Assembly: GCA_023488885.1 (NCBI GenBank)
Contig: JAMDDH010000047.1
Span: 19,079 to 83,078 of the forward strand
Direction of reading: 5' to 3'
Source of the DNA: Thermoplasmatota archaeon
GTDB lineage: Archaea; Thermoplasmatota; Thermoplasmata; Thermoplasmatales; Thermoplasmataceae
DNA: 64,000 nt
Below are positions 55,563 to 64,000 of the stretch, in pieces. Each line of letters begins with the position of its first letter. Position 1 is the first letter of the stretch. A program made the translations under genes and the position numbers. The notes beneath the pieces were generated by a model. That model saw only the letters and a list, made by a program, of their open reading frames with translations. It searched no databases and was not told where the DNA came from.

Positions 55563-56960
55563 ATGGTATATAAAATAAGCTCAACTAAAGATCTCATAGA
55601 CGCAATAAATTCCGGTGGTGTCAAGATGAAGCATTTTTACCTCATCATGAGCATAGCACTGGGTGGTGTGATTTTAGACGGTTACATATTTGCCACTCTC
55701 GGTATCGGTCTTCCCCAGCTTGCTCAGTCTTTTCATCTTGTAGGTTTCTCCGCGGCTACAGTTTCCGCGACTATGGGAGTCGGCGCACTTATTGGGGCTT
55801 TGGTTGGAGGCTACCTGACAGATCGAATTGGAAGAACTTCCATGTTTATTGTGAACATGATCCTGTTCATCATAGGTTCTTTCGGAGCAGCTTTTTCCTT
55901 TAACATTTACATGTTCCTTCTCTTCAGGGGAATGATGGGTGCAGGAGTCGGCCTTGACTTTCCCGTCGCCCTTAGTTTCATCGCTGAACACTCCAAACTA
56001 TCAAGCAAGGGCAGGAACGTATCAATATGGCAGTCGATTAACGGTCTTGGGTTCATAGTTGCATATTTCCTCATGATTGGGGTGTACAGCTATCTGTCTC
56101 CAGGAATCAATATATGGAGATACGCTGCCGGTCTGAGCGGGATAATTGCAATCATTGTGCTGGCATTGAGATTCCTTTACATGAGAGAAAGTCCGGTATG
56201 GCTCGCGACCCAGGGTTATCTTAAAGACGCAGTTGGAGTACTAAAAAAGAACTACAAGATGGATGTGGAATTTGCTGGAGACATGGTTAACAATAAAGTC
56301 AGGACCAATCCTGTTTCAGCATTCAGGCTACTATTCTCAAAAAAATACAGGCTGAGGACAATCCTTCTTACAATAATATCGCCTGTGCAGGCAATAGAAT
56401 ATTATGCAGTCATAATCTACCTTCCGGTCATTACTGCTCAATTGCTTGTAAGTGGAAATGTCAGGTCACTTGAATTCAGCGCCCTATTCCAGTTCTTCGG
56501 GATCCTCGGACCCCTGATGGCCATGGCTGTTGTCCAGAGACTCGGCATGAGAGTGGTTGGAATGATAAGCAGTGTGGGAATAATTATTACATTACTGCTG
56601 CTGGGGCTTGTTCCGGTATTAACTGCCCTTGCTTCGGTCGCACTCATTGCGGTCTTTATTTTCATACACACCTTCGGAATAGGGCCGCTACCAATGTCAG
56701 AAGCATCCATATCTTATCCGACGAGAATAAGAGGAACAGGTTCAGGCTGGTCCCAGATGATGATAAGGGTGGGAACAATAGTTGGACTGTTTTACTTTCC
56801 CCTCGTATCAAGTTATTTCGGTTTGAAAAATACATTCCTGTTCCTGCTTTTCGTTCCTCTGGTAATGTTCTTCTCTCTTCTAATATTGAAGTGGGAACCC
56901 GTTGGAAAGGACATAGACTCAGAATGGAGCAGGGAGGATGAGGCTATACTTGGTTCATGA
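55563..56960 (+). CDS. MFS transporter (sugar/metabolite porter-like)
   Basis: 12 TM helices, GYLTDRIGRTSMF and LFRGMMGAGVG. Confidence 0.8.
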   Translation: MVYKISSTKDLIDAINSGGVKMKHFYLIMSIALGGVILDGYIFATLGIGLPQLAQSFHLVGFSAATVSATMGVGALIGALVGGYLTDRIGRTSMFIVNMILFIIGSFGAAFSFNIYMFLLFRGMMGAGVGLDFPVALSFIAEHSKLSSKGRNVSIWQSINGLGFIVAYFLMIGVYSYLSPGINIWRYAAGLSGIIAIIVLALRFLYMRESPVWLATQGYLKDAVGVLKKNYKMDVEFAGDMVNNKVRTNPVSAFRLLFSKKYRLRTILLTIISPVQAIEYYAVIIYLPVITAQLLVSGNVRSLEFSALFQFFGILGPLMAMAVVQRLGMRVVGMISSVGIIITLLLLGLVPVLTALASVALIAVFIFIHTFGIGPLPMSEASISYPTRIRGTGSGWSQMMIRVGTIVGLFYFPLVSSYFGLKNTFLFLLFVPLVMFFSLLILKWEPVGKDIDSEWSREDEAILGS

Positions 56961-57079
56961 TAAATAGCCAATTCCACTATTTTTTTGTTTCCTTCATGGA
57001 CATACCTCTCGACTTTAAAGCTGGGCAGTATCTTTGTTTCATTAATGCAAACTTTTCTCAATTTGCTCTAAGCATCATA

Positions 57080-57880
57080 TCAAGCAAGAAGTGCGCCAAG
57101 GTTATCTTTGAGTTCTTCTATCATTTCTCCCAGGTTGGGCAGATCCTCTGAAGTCAACCGTGTGAGCCCAATTTTCATATACGGCCCGAGGGTGTCAATC
57201 AGATCTGGCGGAAAAAATTGATCTATTCCGTTGTACACCACTCCTTTGGAAATGCATTTCCTGTAAAACAAATCTTTTACGTTGCCTGAATCAAAGTTCC
57301 TCGTCCTGAGCAGTTTCCAGACGTCATAATAATCTTTCAATTTCCCCCGCTGTAAGAGCGTTCTAATTTTCTCTGCCAGTATATTCTGGAGAGAGTAAGC
57401 GGTTACGGAAAATTTTGTACAGTCAAATATTTGCGGAACGAACTTTTGCAAAAGGGGGCCGACAAATTTCTCTCTTGAAATTTCAATCTTTACCGTGTTT
57501 CTACTCACTGGACCAGTGTATTGGAACCTCACCTGCAGGTAGTTTGGGTTAGTGTAGGCTTCCTTATGCGGATTGGATCGAATGCCGGCGATATCAAATA
57601 GAACAGCAGGTATCTCAGAGATCAGGTTTTCAGCCATATCTTCAAACCCGGTATTATCGAGCATAGTGAAATCCAGATCTTCGGATAAGCGCCAGTTTCC
57701 AGGAAAGTATACTTTTGAAAGAGCCGTTCCTCCCTTAAAAGCAATATGCGTGGATGCGGTGGTAGAGAAAATTGCCTTCAACAACCATCCCAGAATGTAA
57801 TCTTTCTCAACCAAATCCAAGGATGCTCGTCTTTCCCTTGCTGCTTTTCTCAGTTCCTGAGGAAATATCATGACACCCAC
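57080..57880 (-). CDS. AbiEii/AbiGii-family nucleotidyltransferase toxin (type IV TA / abortive infection)
   Basis: LVEKDYILGWLL, FKGGTALSKVYF and RLSEDLDF. Confidence 0.8.
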   Translation of the reverse strand: MGVMIFPQELRKAARERRASLDLVEKDYILGWLLKAIFSTTASTHIAFKGGTALSKVYFPGNWRLSEDLDFTMLDNTGFEDMAENLISEIPAVLFDIAGIRSNPHKEAYTNPNYLQVRFQYTGPVSRNTVKIEISREKFVGPLLQKFVPQIFDCTKFSVTAYSLQNILAEKIRTLLQRGKLKDYYDVWKLLRTRNFDSGNVKDLFYRKCISKGVVYNGIDQFFPPDLIDTLGPYMKIGLTRLTSEDLPNLGEMIEELKDNLGALLA

Positions 57881-58719
57881 TTCCCTTGATCAATTTCTAT
57901 GTTAGCAACAATTTTCCATTTTTCTTTGATCCTGCCTTTCCTTGGAAGGGTTGGGTCTAAAAGAGAATATCCCTCTGATAATTCAACACCCGATAAATGT
58001 TGCATTATTTCTCTCAGGTCAAGCTGTTCAGCTATGTAGCCGAGTCGTTTTATCACCGCGTTATTCCCTATTCTCTTTGAAAGCGTAACAATTTTGTAAA
58101 AGTCAATTTCCCCTTTCCCAAAGTATAGGGACTTAGCCACTTCCTGAACTCCTTCGCAGTGTTCTGGATGGTCAAGACAGTCCACCAGGGTCTTCTCGGG
58201 AGAGGAAATCTTTACCTTTCTCCCCTCAATTTCCACTTCGTCTATTCCAAAGAATTTCTTTGGATTAATCGTCACAAATCTGAATTGAGTATCCAGTATT
58301 CTACAAGAATTCCGTGGTTTCTGAGTTGCCAGATATATTGCCGGGGGCGTCTGATCGGAGAAACCATAGTAGTTAAACGCACTCCAATAACCAATATAAT
58401 ATGGTTTCACCAATACTGATGCAACGACAAAGCTGTGTATAGTATAATTTGCTGCGCCTAATTTTCCTGCTTCAAACGGTACAATAAGATACACTTCTTT
58501 CGCAAGTTTCAGGATCCATTTCTTACGAATTAAACCGTCAATAAGGCTTCTGGAGTTGTCTACGTACACTTGTAGATCATGAGGTGAAAATATTATCTTA
58601 CCATTAAAACTTAGTTCAGAGAGGACACTTGCCTCTCTATCCGATAGTGTTCTCCTATATTTATTTTGAGATTTCCGTGTGTATGGACGCATGTCGTTAA
58701 GAAAATATAGTTTGGTCAT
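57868..58719 (-). CDS. AbiEi-family antitoxin / transcriptional regulator
   Basis: An N-terminal wHTH-like region and a C-terminal AbiEi-type domain. It overlaps the AbiEii gene by 13 nt in the usual order. Confidence 0.65.
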   Translation of the reverse strand: MTKLYFLNDMRPYTRKSQNKYRRTLSDREASVLSELSFNGKIIFSPHDLQVYVDNSRSLIDGLIRKKWILKLAKEVYLIVPFEAGKLGAANYTIHSFVVASVLVKPYYIGYWSAFNYYGFSDQTPPAIYLATQKPRNSCRILDTQFRFVTINPKKFFGIDEVEIEGRKVKISSPEKTLVDCLDHPEHCEGVQEVAKSLYFGKGEIDFYKIVTLSKRIGNNAVIKRLGYIAEQLDLREIMQHLSGVELSEGYSLLDPTLPRKGRIKEKWKIVANIEIDQGKWVS

Positions 58720-59140
58720 TTATAAAATATTGCATGCCACTTTCCAAATACTATTCTACTGTCGTTAAAACATTAACATATGTAAGAGACCTTTTCCACA
58801 ATTTTGTCAATTCTCTCCCGACCAAAATTCATTTCCGGAGGAAATGCAATAAACTACTGAAAAACATTGATGATTAAATTTTCCGCCTTGTATACTCAGC
58901 ATCCGTCCGTATTCCATTACTTTTCTCCGATATAAATTTCTGATATTAACCTTGCTGGAATGCGCATCAGAAACCACAAATTCCAATATATCATGTTTCA
59001 TCTTCATTGATCAGAACTTAAGGACCATTGTTTTTTCATCCATGGTGCACAGGACTCCTCGTCTGAGCCCAGATGAGACATCATCCAAGCGTTCGCATTA
59101 AGAAGAGAAATTACCGACAACTTTTTGATAATACGGTGAA

Positions 59141-59887
59141 TTGCCTTTGGTGAATCCTTCAGGAAAGCTGTCCTTTATCCAAAATATTCAATTCGACGGA
59201 GATGCCTATGAGCGATTCATATGGCATCTACAGATTATGGCCGTTGACGAAGGGATCAAACCGTCATTTTTTTATGCCGAAGGAAAAACAACAGAACGCA
59301 CTTTAAATGTTATGAGATCTCTTGGCGAAATTGGATTCGGAACCACATACGGATACGGAAGGAAATTCAATAATATTTCACCTGTTGAGATCAACAGGCA
59401 GGTCTCCGGAGAAGGTCATGGCATATGGGCATTCAAGGAGTCCAATCGGGAATATTTCATGTCAAGTTTTTCCAAATACAGTTCGGGACTAATCTCACAA
59501 GGAGAGATACTGGGTTACCCTTCATGCTGCGTTACTTGGTTTGCAAACGACCATGAGAAACCAATAGGGAATATTATCCTCGACGAGTTGAAAATGGCCG
59601 GTATCTATTCGCCGTCAAGGCAGACACTTCAGGAGTTTGTCTTACGTGAATCTACGTTTGAACTGGTTAAACGCGCCCTCTTGTCCGATCTGGGAAAGAA
59701 ACTGAAGAAGGCAATGAGGATCAGTAACACAACCTTTCCATTCATACCACATCTCGCCTGTCCAGATTGCATCTCTGACAAAACGAATAGCCCCTCAGCA
59801 AAGATGAATTCAGATTATTCGAATCTCGCACTTTCACTTAACCCGGCATTTCATAAAGACATAATCAGGGAATCACGTTTGTCTTGA
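59141..59887 (+). CDS. Hypothetical protein with four conserved-looking cysteines (CC ... CxxC)
   Basis: ILGYPSCCVTWF and FIPHLACPDC. The TTG start is uncertain and I make no confident family assignment. Confidence 0.5.
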   Translation: MPLVNPSGKLSFIQNIQFDGDAYERFIWHLQIMAVDEGIKPSFFYAEGKTTERTLNVMRSLGEIGFGTTYGYGRKFNNISPVEINRQVSGEGHGIWAFKESNREYFMSSFSKYSSGLISQGEILGYPSCCVTWFANDHEKPIGNIILDELKMAGIYSPSRQTLQEFVLRESTFELVKRALLSDLGKKLKKAMRISNTTFPFIPHLACPDCISDKTNSPSAKMNSDYSNLALSLNPAFHKDIIRESRLS

Positions 59888-60129
59888 ACCTGCATATTGA
59901 ACATTTCAGTAACTATGCTTCCTGACCATTGTCCGGAAACCTGATTTATAGCTTATCCCTCAATCTAATCCGGTGTCTCATTGTCTTTGTACATAGTTAC
60001 TGAAACTGCTGATAGTTGGATTTTATTAATCATGGTGTATAGACAATGCTCTTCTCCTGGTTCACTGACAAGGATGCTAATTACGATTCGATGAGCAGAA
60101 ATCCCACATTATTCGTGATACAGCCCTAA

Positions 60130-60570
60130 CTATTTTCGCGAAGGAAGCTTTAGGATATCACGTTCAAACAAGTAGTACCCCATACCAGTAGCGACGAAGG
60201 CCAATATTGATAAATCTTTAAGAATCGGCAATATTTCTTCTTCTTCCGTTATTACTGTTATGAGCCTTTCAGTTATGTTAGCGAGACCACTAAAAACCGA
60301 GCCTGGAAGTTGTATGGTCTCATCTTGCTTGGAATATATCTGATCCAGCCGAAATGATAATGAATTGTATAAAGATTCAGCTAGTGTTGCGAGTACCAGT
60401 AGATCCGTATCAAACTTAATGTTTAAAACCCGATATAACGTACCAGTAACTGCACTGAAGAAGAATACTTGTTTCCTGGGGTCGTGCTCCTCTCTAATTT
60501 TCCTGACAGCAAAATCGAGGTTGTCTGATATATCCTTCTTTAATTCAGTTGACAGTTTCAATAATTCCAC
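60130..60570 (-). CDS. Hypothetical all-helical protein, co-oriented with and overlapping the wHTH gene
   Basis: A 146-aa ORF with a GTG start and a 26-nt overlap with 60545..61012. I recognise no motif. Confidence 0.45.
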   Translation of the reverse strand: MELLKLSTELKKDISDNLDFAVRKIREEHDPRKQVFFFSAVTGTLYRVLNIKFDTDLLVLATLAESLYNSLSFRLDQIYSKQDETIQLPGSVFSGLANITERLITVITEEEEILPILKDLSILAFVATGMGYYLFERDILKLPSRK

Positions 60571-61012
60571 CCCTCATAATCCTGTGACTGTCTTTACGTG
60601 CGCCGGGAAGAGTTTCATTCGCGCCACCAGTTTTTGCACTTGTTTCTTTAGAAGGAGTGACAACAATTTTCTCAACAGTACGATACTGTACATTCCAGAA
60701 ATTCTCAACAGTTTCAAGTTGCTTGTCAACATACAGTTTTCCAAACTCTGATACGAAGTAAAATGACCTGTCGCTTGTGTCATTTCTTCTTTCAAATATA
60801 TTTTCCACCAAACCAGCTTCGACAAGCTTGGAGAGATAATATGACAGTGAATCCTGTTTTATTCCGAGATTACTGGAAAGCTCAGTAAATGATAATGCGT
60901 CTTTTTTCTCCATCAGGAAAAGGAGTACATTTATGGCTTTATCATTAGAAAAGATTCGATTAGCGTTAATTAATTGCTGAGGCCATTTTTTTGATAGTTC
61001 TTTATTCATCAT
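60545..61012 (-). CDS. Winged-helix (ArsR-like) DNA-binding protein
   Basis: INVLLFLMEKKDALSFTELSSNLGIKQDSLSYYLSKLVEAGLV. Confidence 0.7.
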   Translation of the reverse strand: MMNKELSKKWPQQLINANRIFSNDKAINVLLFLMEKKDALSFTELSSNLGIKQDSLSYYLSKLVEAGLVENIFERRNDTSDRSFYFVSEFGKLYVDKQLETVENFWNVQYRTVEKIVVTPSKETSAKTGGANETLPGARKDSHRIMRGGIIETVN

Positions 61013-61082
61013 TTGCGCCTGCCTGTTAGTTAATTATTTTCAACTTAAAAATGTTTCACTTGAAAACACGCATGGTTCAACT

Positions 61083-61646
61083 GTGGAAAATCATGTCAAA
61101 ATATCATTTAAGTATCTATTAACTTTACCCACTGATACGATAAAACTTGAAGAACGGTTAAGATTACTGGAACAAAACATATGCGTAAAAAAGGAAACCG
61201 TTTCGGTTATGGTTTTCGGTTCTTATGAACCTGAAAAGTGCCTGAATAAGCTGGAGAAATTATGCAGTGGTTTGAGAAAAGAAGGTTGGGAGAAAGCAAG
61301 GTTGGTTCGCGATATTCCCAATAATGACGGAGATGCATACCAGAAAAGCGTGAGAGCCCTATACGATTCTCAAGTGAATTTGTTTGTTTTCATGAAGGAT
61401 TGCCCTCAAGGCGGTGTTAGTATTGAAGCACGCCACGTATTAAACGACAAAAAACTCTGGGAGAAATCTTGTTTTATGGTCGGATCAAACGGTTCCAAAA
61501 CATATATATCTGGACTGCTTGAGGAAAGCAAGGAATACAACAGAGTTTATCGACGAGAATTTAAACACAATGATGATACTTCGTTATTGCGCCAGGCTAA
61601 TTCAGCAATCTTGAGTGTGTCAAAAAGTTCGAGATACTTTGGTTGA
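61083..61646 (+). CDS. Hypothetical protein with a TIR/SLOG/nucleoside-deoxyribosyltransferase-like Rossmannoid pattern
   Basis: VMVFGSYEPEKCLNKLEKLCSGLRKEG...LVRDIP..DGD...VRALYDSQVNLFVFM...GGVSIEARHV parallels the TIR-like beta1/alphaA...Glu layout. This is pattern recognition only. Confidence 0.4.
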   Translation: MENHVKISFKYLLTLPTDTIKLEERLRLLEQNICVKKETVSVMVFGSYEPEKCLNKLEKLCSGLRKEGWEKARLVRDIPNNDGDAYQKSVRALYDSQVNLFVFMKDCPQGGVSIEARHVLNDKKLWEKSCFMVGSNGSKTYISGLLEESKEYNRVYRREFKHNDDTSLLRQANSAILSVSKSSRYFG

Positions 61647-62130
61647 TTCATATTATTTATCTTGAATTCAATGAGTTCAATTCTGGAGGCGTAAGTTTTC
61701 TTTATTATCCGCGCAAAAGCATCATGTTACGGGGAGGCCTTTAAAGGAAGTGAGTGTTCAAAGGTGTCTTCTCTGCAGGTATCAGGTTTCTCGTTGCCCG
61801 TAACCTGGGTTGAATATCCGGTTTTGATTCATCATTTCTTTTTACGTAAAATAATTCTCATTCGGGTTGAGAGAAATGTCAGAACTTTTGCCTATATTTC
61901 TTTGATTTCCGGGCAAGCTATTTCTCTGCCTCCAGAAGCACTGTTAAATCCTACTTCGTTGGGCCTATTATTCCTTGATCCTCCAATGAAGGTCGGAGTT
62001 TTACTGGTTCCACCAACCTCTAATGATACCAGAAACACAGAGTATTGCATGCACTACATGCTGCGCAAAATGGTATTATATTACACATTATAATGCGCAA
62101 TGTTATAATACTTCTATCCAATGTGCTATT

Positions 62131-63417
62131 ATGATGCCAAAATCACTAATGAGTACGATTATCTATGATCAGCTGGCTGAAATCAAGAGGCCTGTCAATG
62201 TTGTGCCACGTGACATCTATAACCTCGCATTATCATTCCACGGATCATCAGCACTGGTGATCAAGGGCATCAGGAGATGCGGGAAAAGCACAATGCTGAA
62301 ACAGATCATAAATGCCCGATTTCCTGAGTCCTTTTTCTATTTCAATTTTGACGATGATCGTATTTCAGGGTTTGTTGTTGAGGATTTCCAGGCATTGATT
62401 GAGACTTTTATTGAGCTATTTGGGGAGAAAAAAAACGTATTCTTTGATGAAATCCAGAATATCAGGGGATGGGAACTATTTATCAACAGGCTCCTCAGAG
62501 AAGGTTACACGGTATTCATTACCGGATCCAGTTCAAACCTCCTGAGCAGAGAACTTGGAACCCACCTGACTGGAAGACACGTTGACGTAGAACTTTACCC
62601 ATTTTCCTTCACGGAATTCCTCAGATCGAAAAATATCTATTTATCACGAATGAAAGGTTATTCTACACCGGAGAAAGCCACCATGTCAAGGGAGTTCAAA
62701 GAATACAGTTCCGGTGGCGGCATGCCGGAAGCAGTTGTTTCCGGCAACAGTACTGTCCTGCTTCATCTTATCAGTGACATAATTCAGAAAGATATCATGA
62801 ACAGGTATAGCTTAAGAAAGCTCCCCGAAATCAGGAACATTCTTAGATTTCTCATGGCGAACGTGTCCAGCGAAATAACATATCGTTCCCTGTCCAGAAG
62901 CCTGGGGCTGCGGAGTGAAAACACCGTAAAAAAATACATAGAATACCTGGAAGAGACCTACCTAATATTCGAGGTGAAGAGGTTTGATCGGAAGTTGAAG
63001 ATGGTCGATAAGAATCCAAGGAAAATTTACTGCGTTGATAACGGTATTATCCTGAAAAACCTTCCCAATTTCAGTAAAAACGAGGGAGCATTGCTGGAAA
63101 ACGTTGTTGCAGTGCAACTTAAGAGGACTGGCAAAGAATTCTATTACTACAGGCACGACAGTAATGCAGAGGTGGACTTTGTCGTGCCTGCAGATAGGAA
63201 ATTGATACAGGTCTGCTATGAACTCAATATGAACAACATGGATCGGGAGATCAGGGGACTGGTCAAGGCTTCAAGGGAAATCAAAACGGAGAAGTTCCTG
63301 ATACTCACAATGGATCAGGAACAGGTTCTAAAGCAGGAGGACTTTACAATAGATGTGAAACCGGTATGGAAATGGTTGGTGGAGGATGACGCTGAACACG
63401 GGCAGACAAATTGGTGA
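62131..63417 (+). CDS. AAA_14 plus DUF4143-type ATPase
   Basis: P-loop IKGIRRCGKST, Walker B VFFDEIQ, and C-terminal EVDFVV. I prefer the ATG at 62131 over the track start at 62023. Confidence 0.75.
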   Translation: MMPKSLMSTIIYDQLAEIKRPVNVVPRDIYNLALSFHGSSALVIKGIRRCGKSTMLKQIINARFPESFFYFNFDDDRISGFVVEDFQALIETFIELFGEKKNVFFDEIQNIRGWELFINRLLREGYTVFITGSSSNLLSRELGTHLTGRHVDVELYPFSFTEFLRSKNIYLSRMKGYSTPEKATMSREFKEYSSGGGMPEAVVSGNSTVLLHLISDIIQKDIMNRYSLRKLPEIRNILRFLMANVSSEITYRSLSRSLGLRSENTVKKYIEYLEETYLIFEVKRFDRKLKMVDKNPRKIYCVDNGIILKNLPNFSKNEGALLENVVAVQLKRTGKEFYYYRHDSNAEVDFVVPADRKLIQVCYELNMNNMDREIRGLVKASREIKTEKFLILTMDQEQVLKQEDFTIDVKPVWKWLVEDDAEHGQTNW

Positions 63418-63547
63418 CTTTATCCTTCCTCCTTTTCCTGCCTTGGCCTGTGTTCTGGAGGTTTGCGCTCACAGTGATAAAAAAAGGTCCCTGGTGATAC
63501 ATGTTGCATATTGTTGATATAGAACATAAATAATCTGACTTATATCA

Positions 63548-64000
63548 CTAATAAGGGGCCAAAAGCCAATACCAGAGTGGGGTAAAAGCGATATCACCGC
63601 TTTCGAGGTAGTCCCATGTAAATATTGTCATCTTCTTGCATTTCAGTTCTTCTGATGCCTTTAGCAGTCCGGATATTTCCCTTTCAGGAACACCTTCGCG
63701 GGAGGATGCAAATGTCACGTTAATGAGTTCGGATACTTTGTTCCCAACCATGATAACAAAGTCCACTTCTTTGCCTTCAGCCTTGCCATATTCCTTCCAG
63801 TAGTATACCTGAAATTTAGTGAAATATTCTGATCTCCTGCAGAGTTCCATAAAAACTAGGTTTTCAATCAGCCTGCCCATTTCAGCTGTCCTTGTCACAA
63901 CATTTATTATTCCTGTGTCAACAACATAAAGTTTACGAGGATACTGTTTTTTTGACTTGGCGCTAAGGGAAAAAATTTCAACCTGAAACAGCGCAAATAC
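63548..64000 (-). CDS. Second DUF4143-type ATPase, 3' part (gene continues beyond the window end)
   Basis: The frame is open from 63898 to nt 64000 (..KLYVVDTGIINVV..LIENLVFMEL..EVDFVI). It is a paralogue of 62131..63417. Confidence 0.7.
   Translation of the reverse strand, partial: VFALFQVEIFSLSAKSKKQYPRKLYVVDTGIINVVTRTAEMGRLIENLVFMELCRRSEYFTKFQVYYWKEYGKAEGKEVDFVIMVGNKVSELINVTFASSREGVPEREISGLLKASEELKCKKMTIFTWDYLESGDIAFTPLWYWLLAPY

Noticed and set aside
58807-59007. The 66-aa ORF downstream of the AbiE pair
   Set aside because: No motif is recognisable. It is preceded by short stop-interrupted ORFs in other frames, which suggests a decayed gene rather than a functional small protein.
61764-62093. 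The 109-aa ORF between the TIR-like gene and the ATPase
   Set aside because: It has hydrophobic or low-complexity composition, no start context, and overlaps the likely promoter of the ATPase gene. The 480-bp gap may be a decayed gene, but I cannot support a call. A ~55-aa minus-strand ORF here is equally unsupported.

Overview
This window looks like an archaeal-type accessory region. That assignment is an inference from A/T-rich TATA-like boxes about 25-30 nt upstream of start codons with no Shine-Dalgarno spacing, the gene families present, and the IS types. It has three parts. (1) About 0-50 kb is a large surface-glycan or polysaccharide biosynthesis island. It carries about 12 glycosyltransferases (GT4/GT-B, GT2, a CgeB-like protein, a GT2-GtrA fusion), a Wzx-type flippase, two DUF2079-like giant membrane proteins, four FkbM-family plus two class I methyltransferases, and three nucleotide-sugar pathways: GDP-mannose to a GDP-perosamine-like amino sugar (gmd plus a DegT aminotransferase), dTDP-rhamnose (rmlA, rmlD, rmlC and a decayed rmlB), and UDP-Glc/UDP-GlcA/UDP-Xyl (galU, ugd, a UXS-like gene), plus several SDR epimerases. 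This island is heavily invaded by mobile DNA. There are apparently intact IS3-, IS630-, IS1- and IS66-family elements, IS1634-like fragments, a 747-bp MITE-like derivative, and two nested group II intron 3' fragments sitting inside an IS remnant. (2) About 51-57 kb holds asparaginase and a GntR / split-UxaA dehydratase / cyclase / MFS sugar-acid module. (3) About 57-64 kb is a conflict-type locus: an AbiEi/AbiEii pair, several uncharacterised genes (a four-Cys protein, a wHTH plus helical-protein pair, a TIR/SLOG-like Rossmannoid protein) and two DUF4143-type ATPases. I saw no rRNA, tRNA or CRISPR array. All family assignments come from motif recognition by eye, not from searches.
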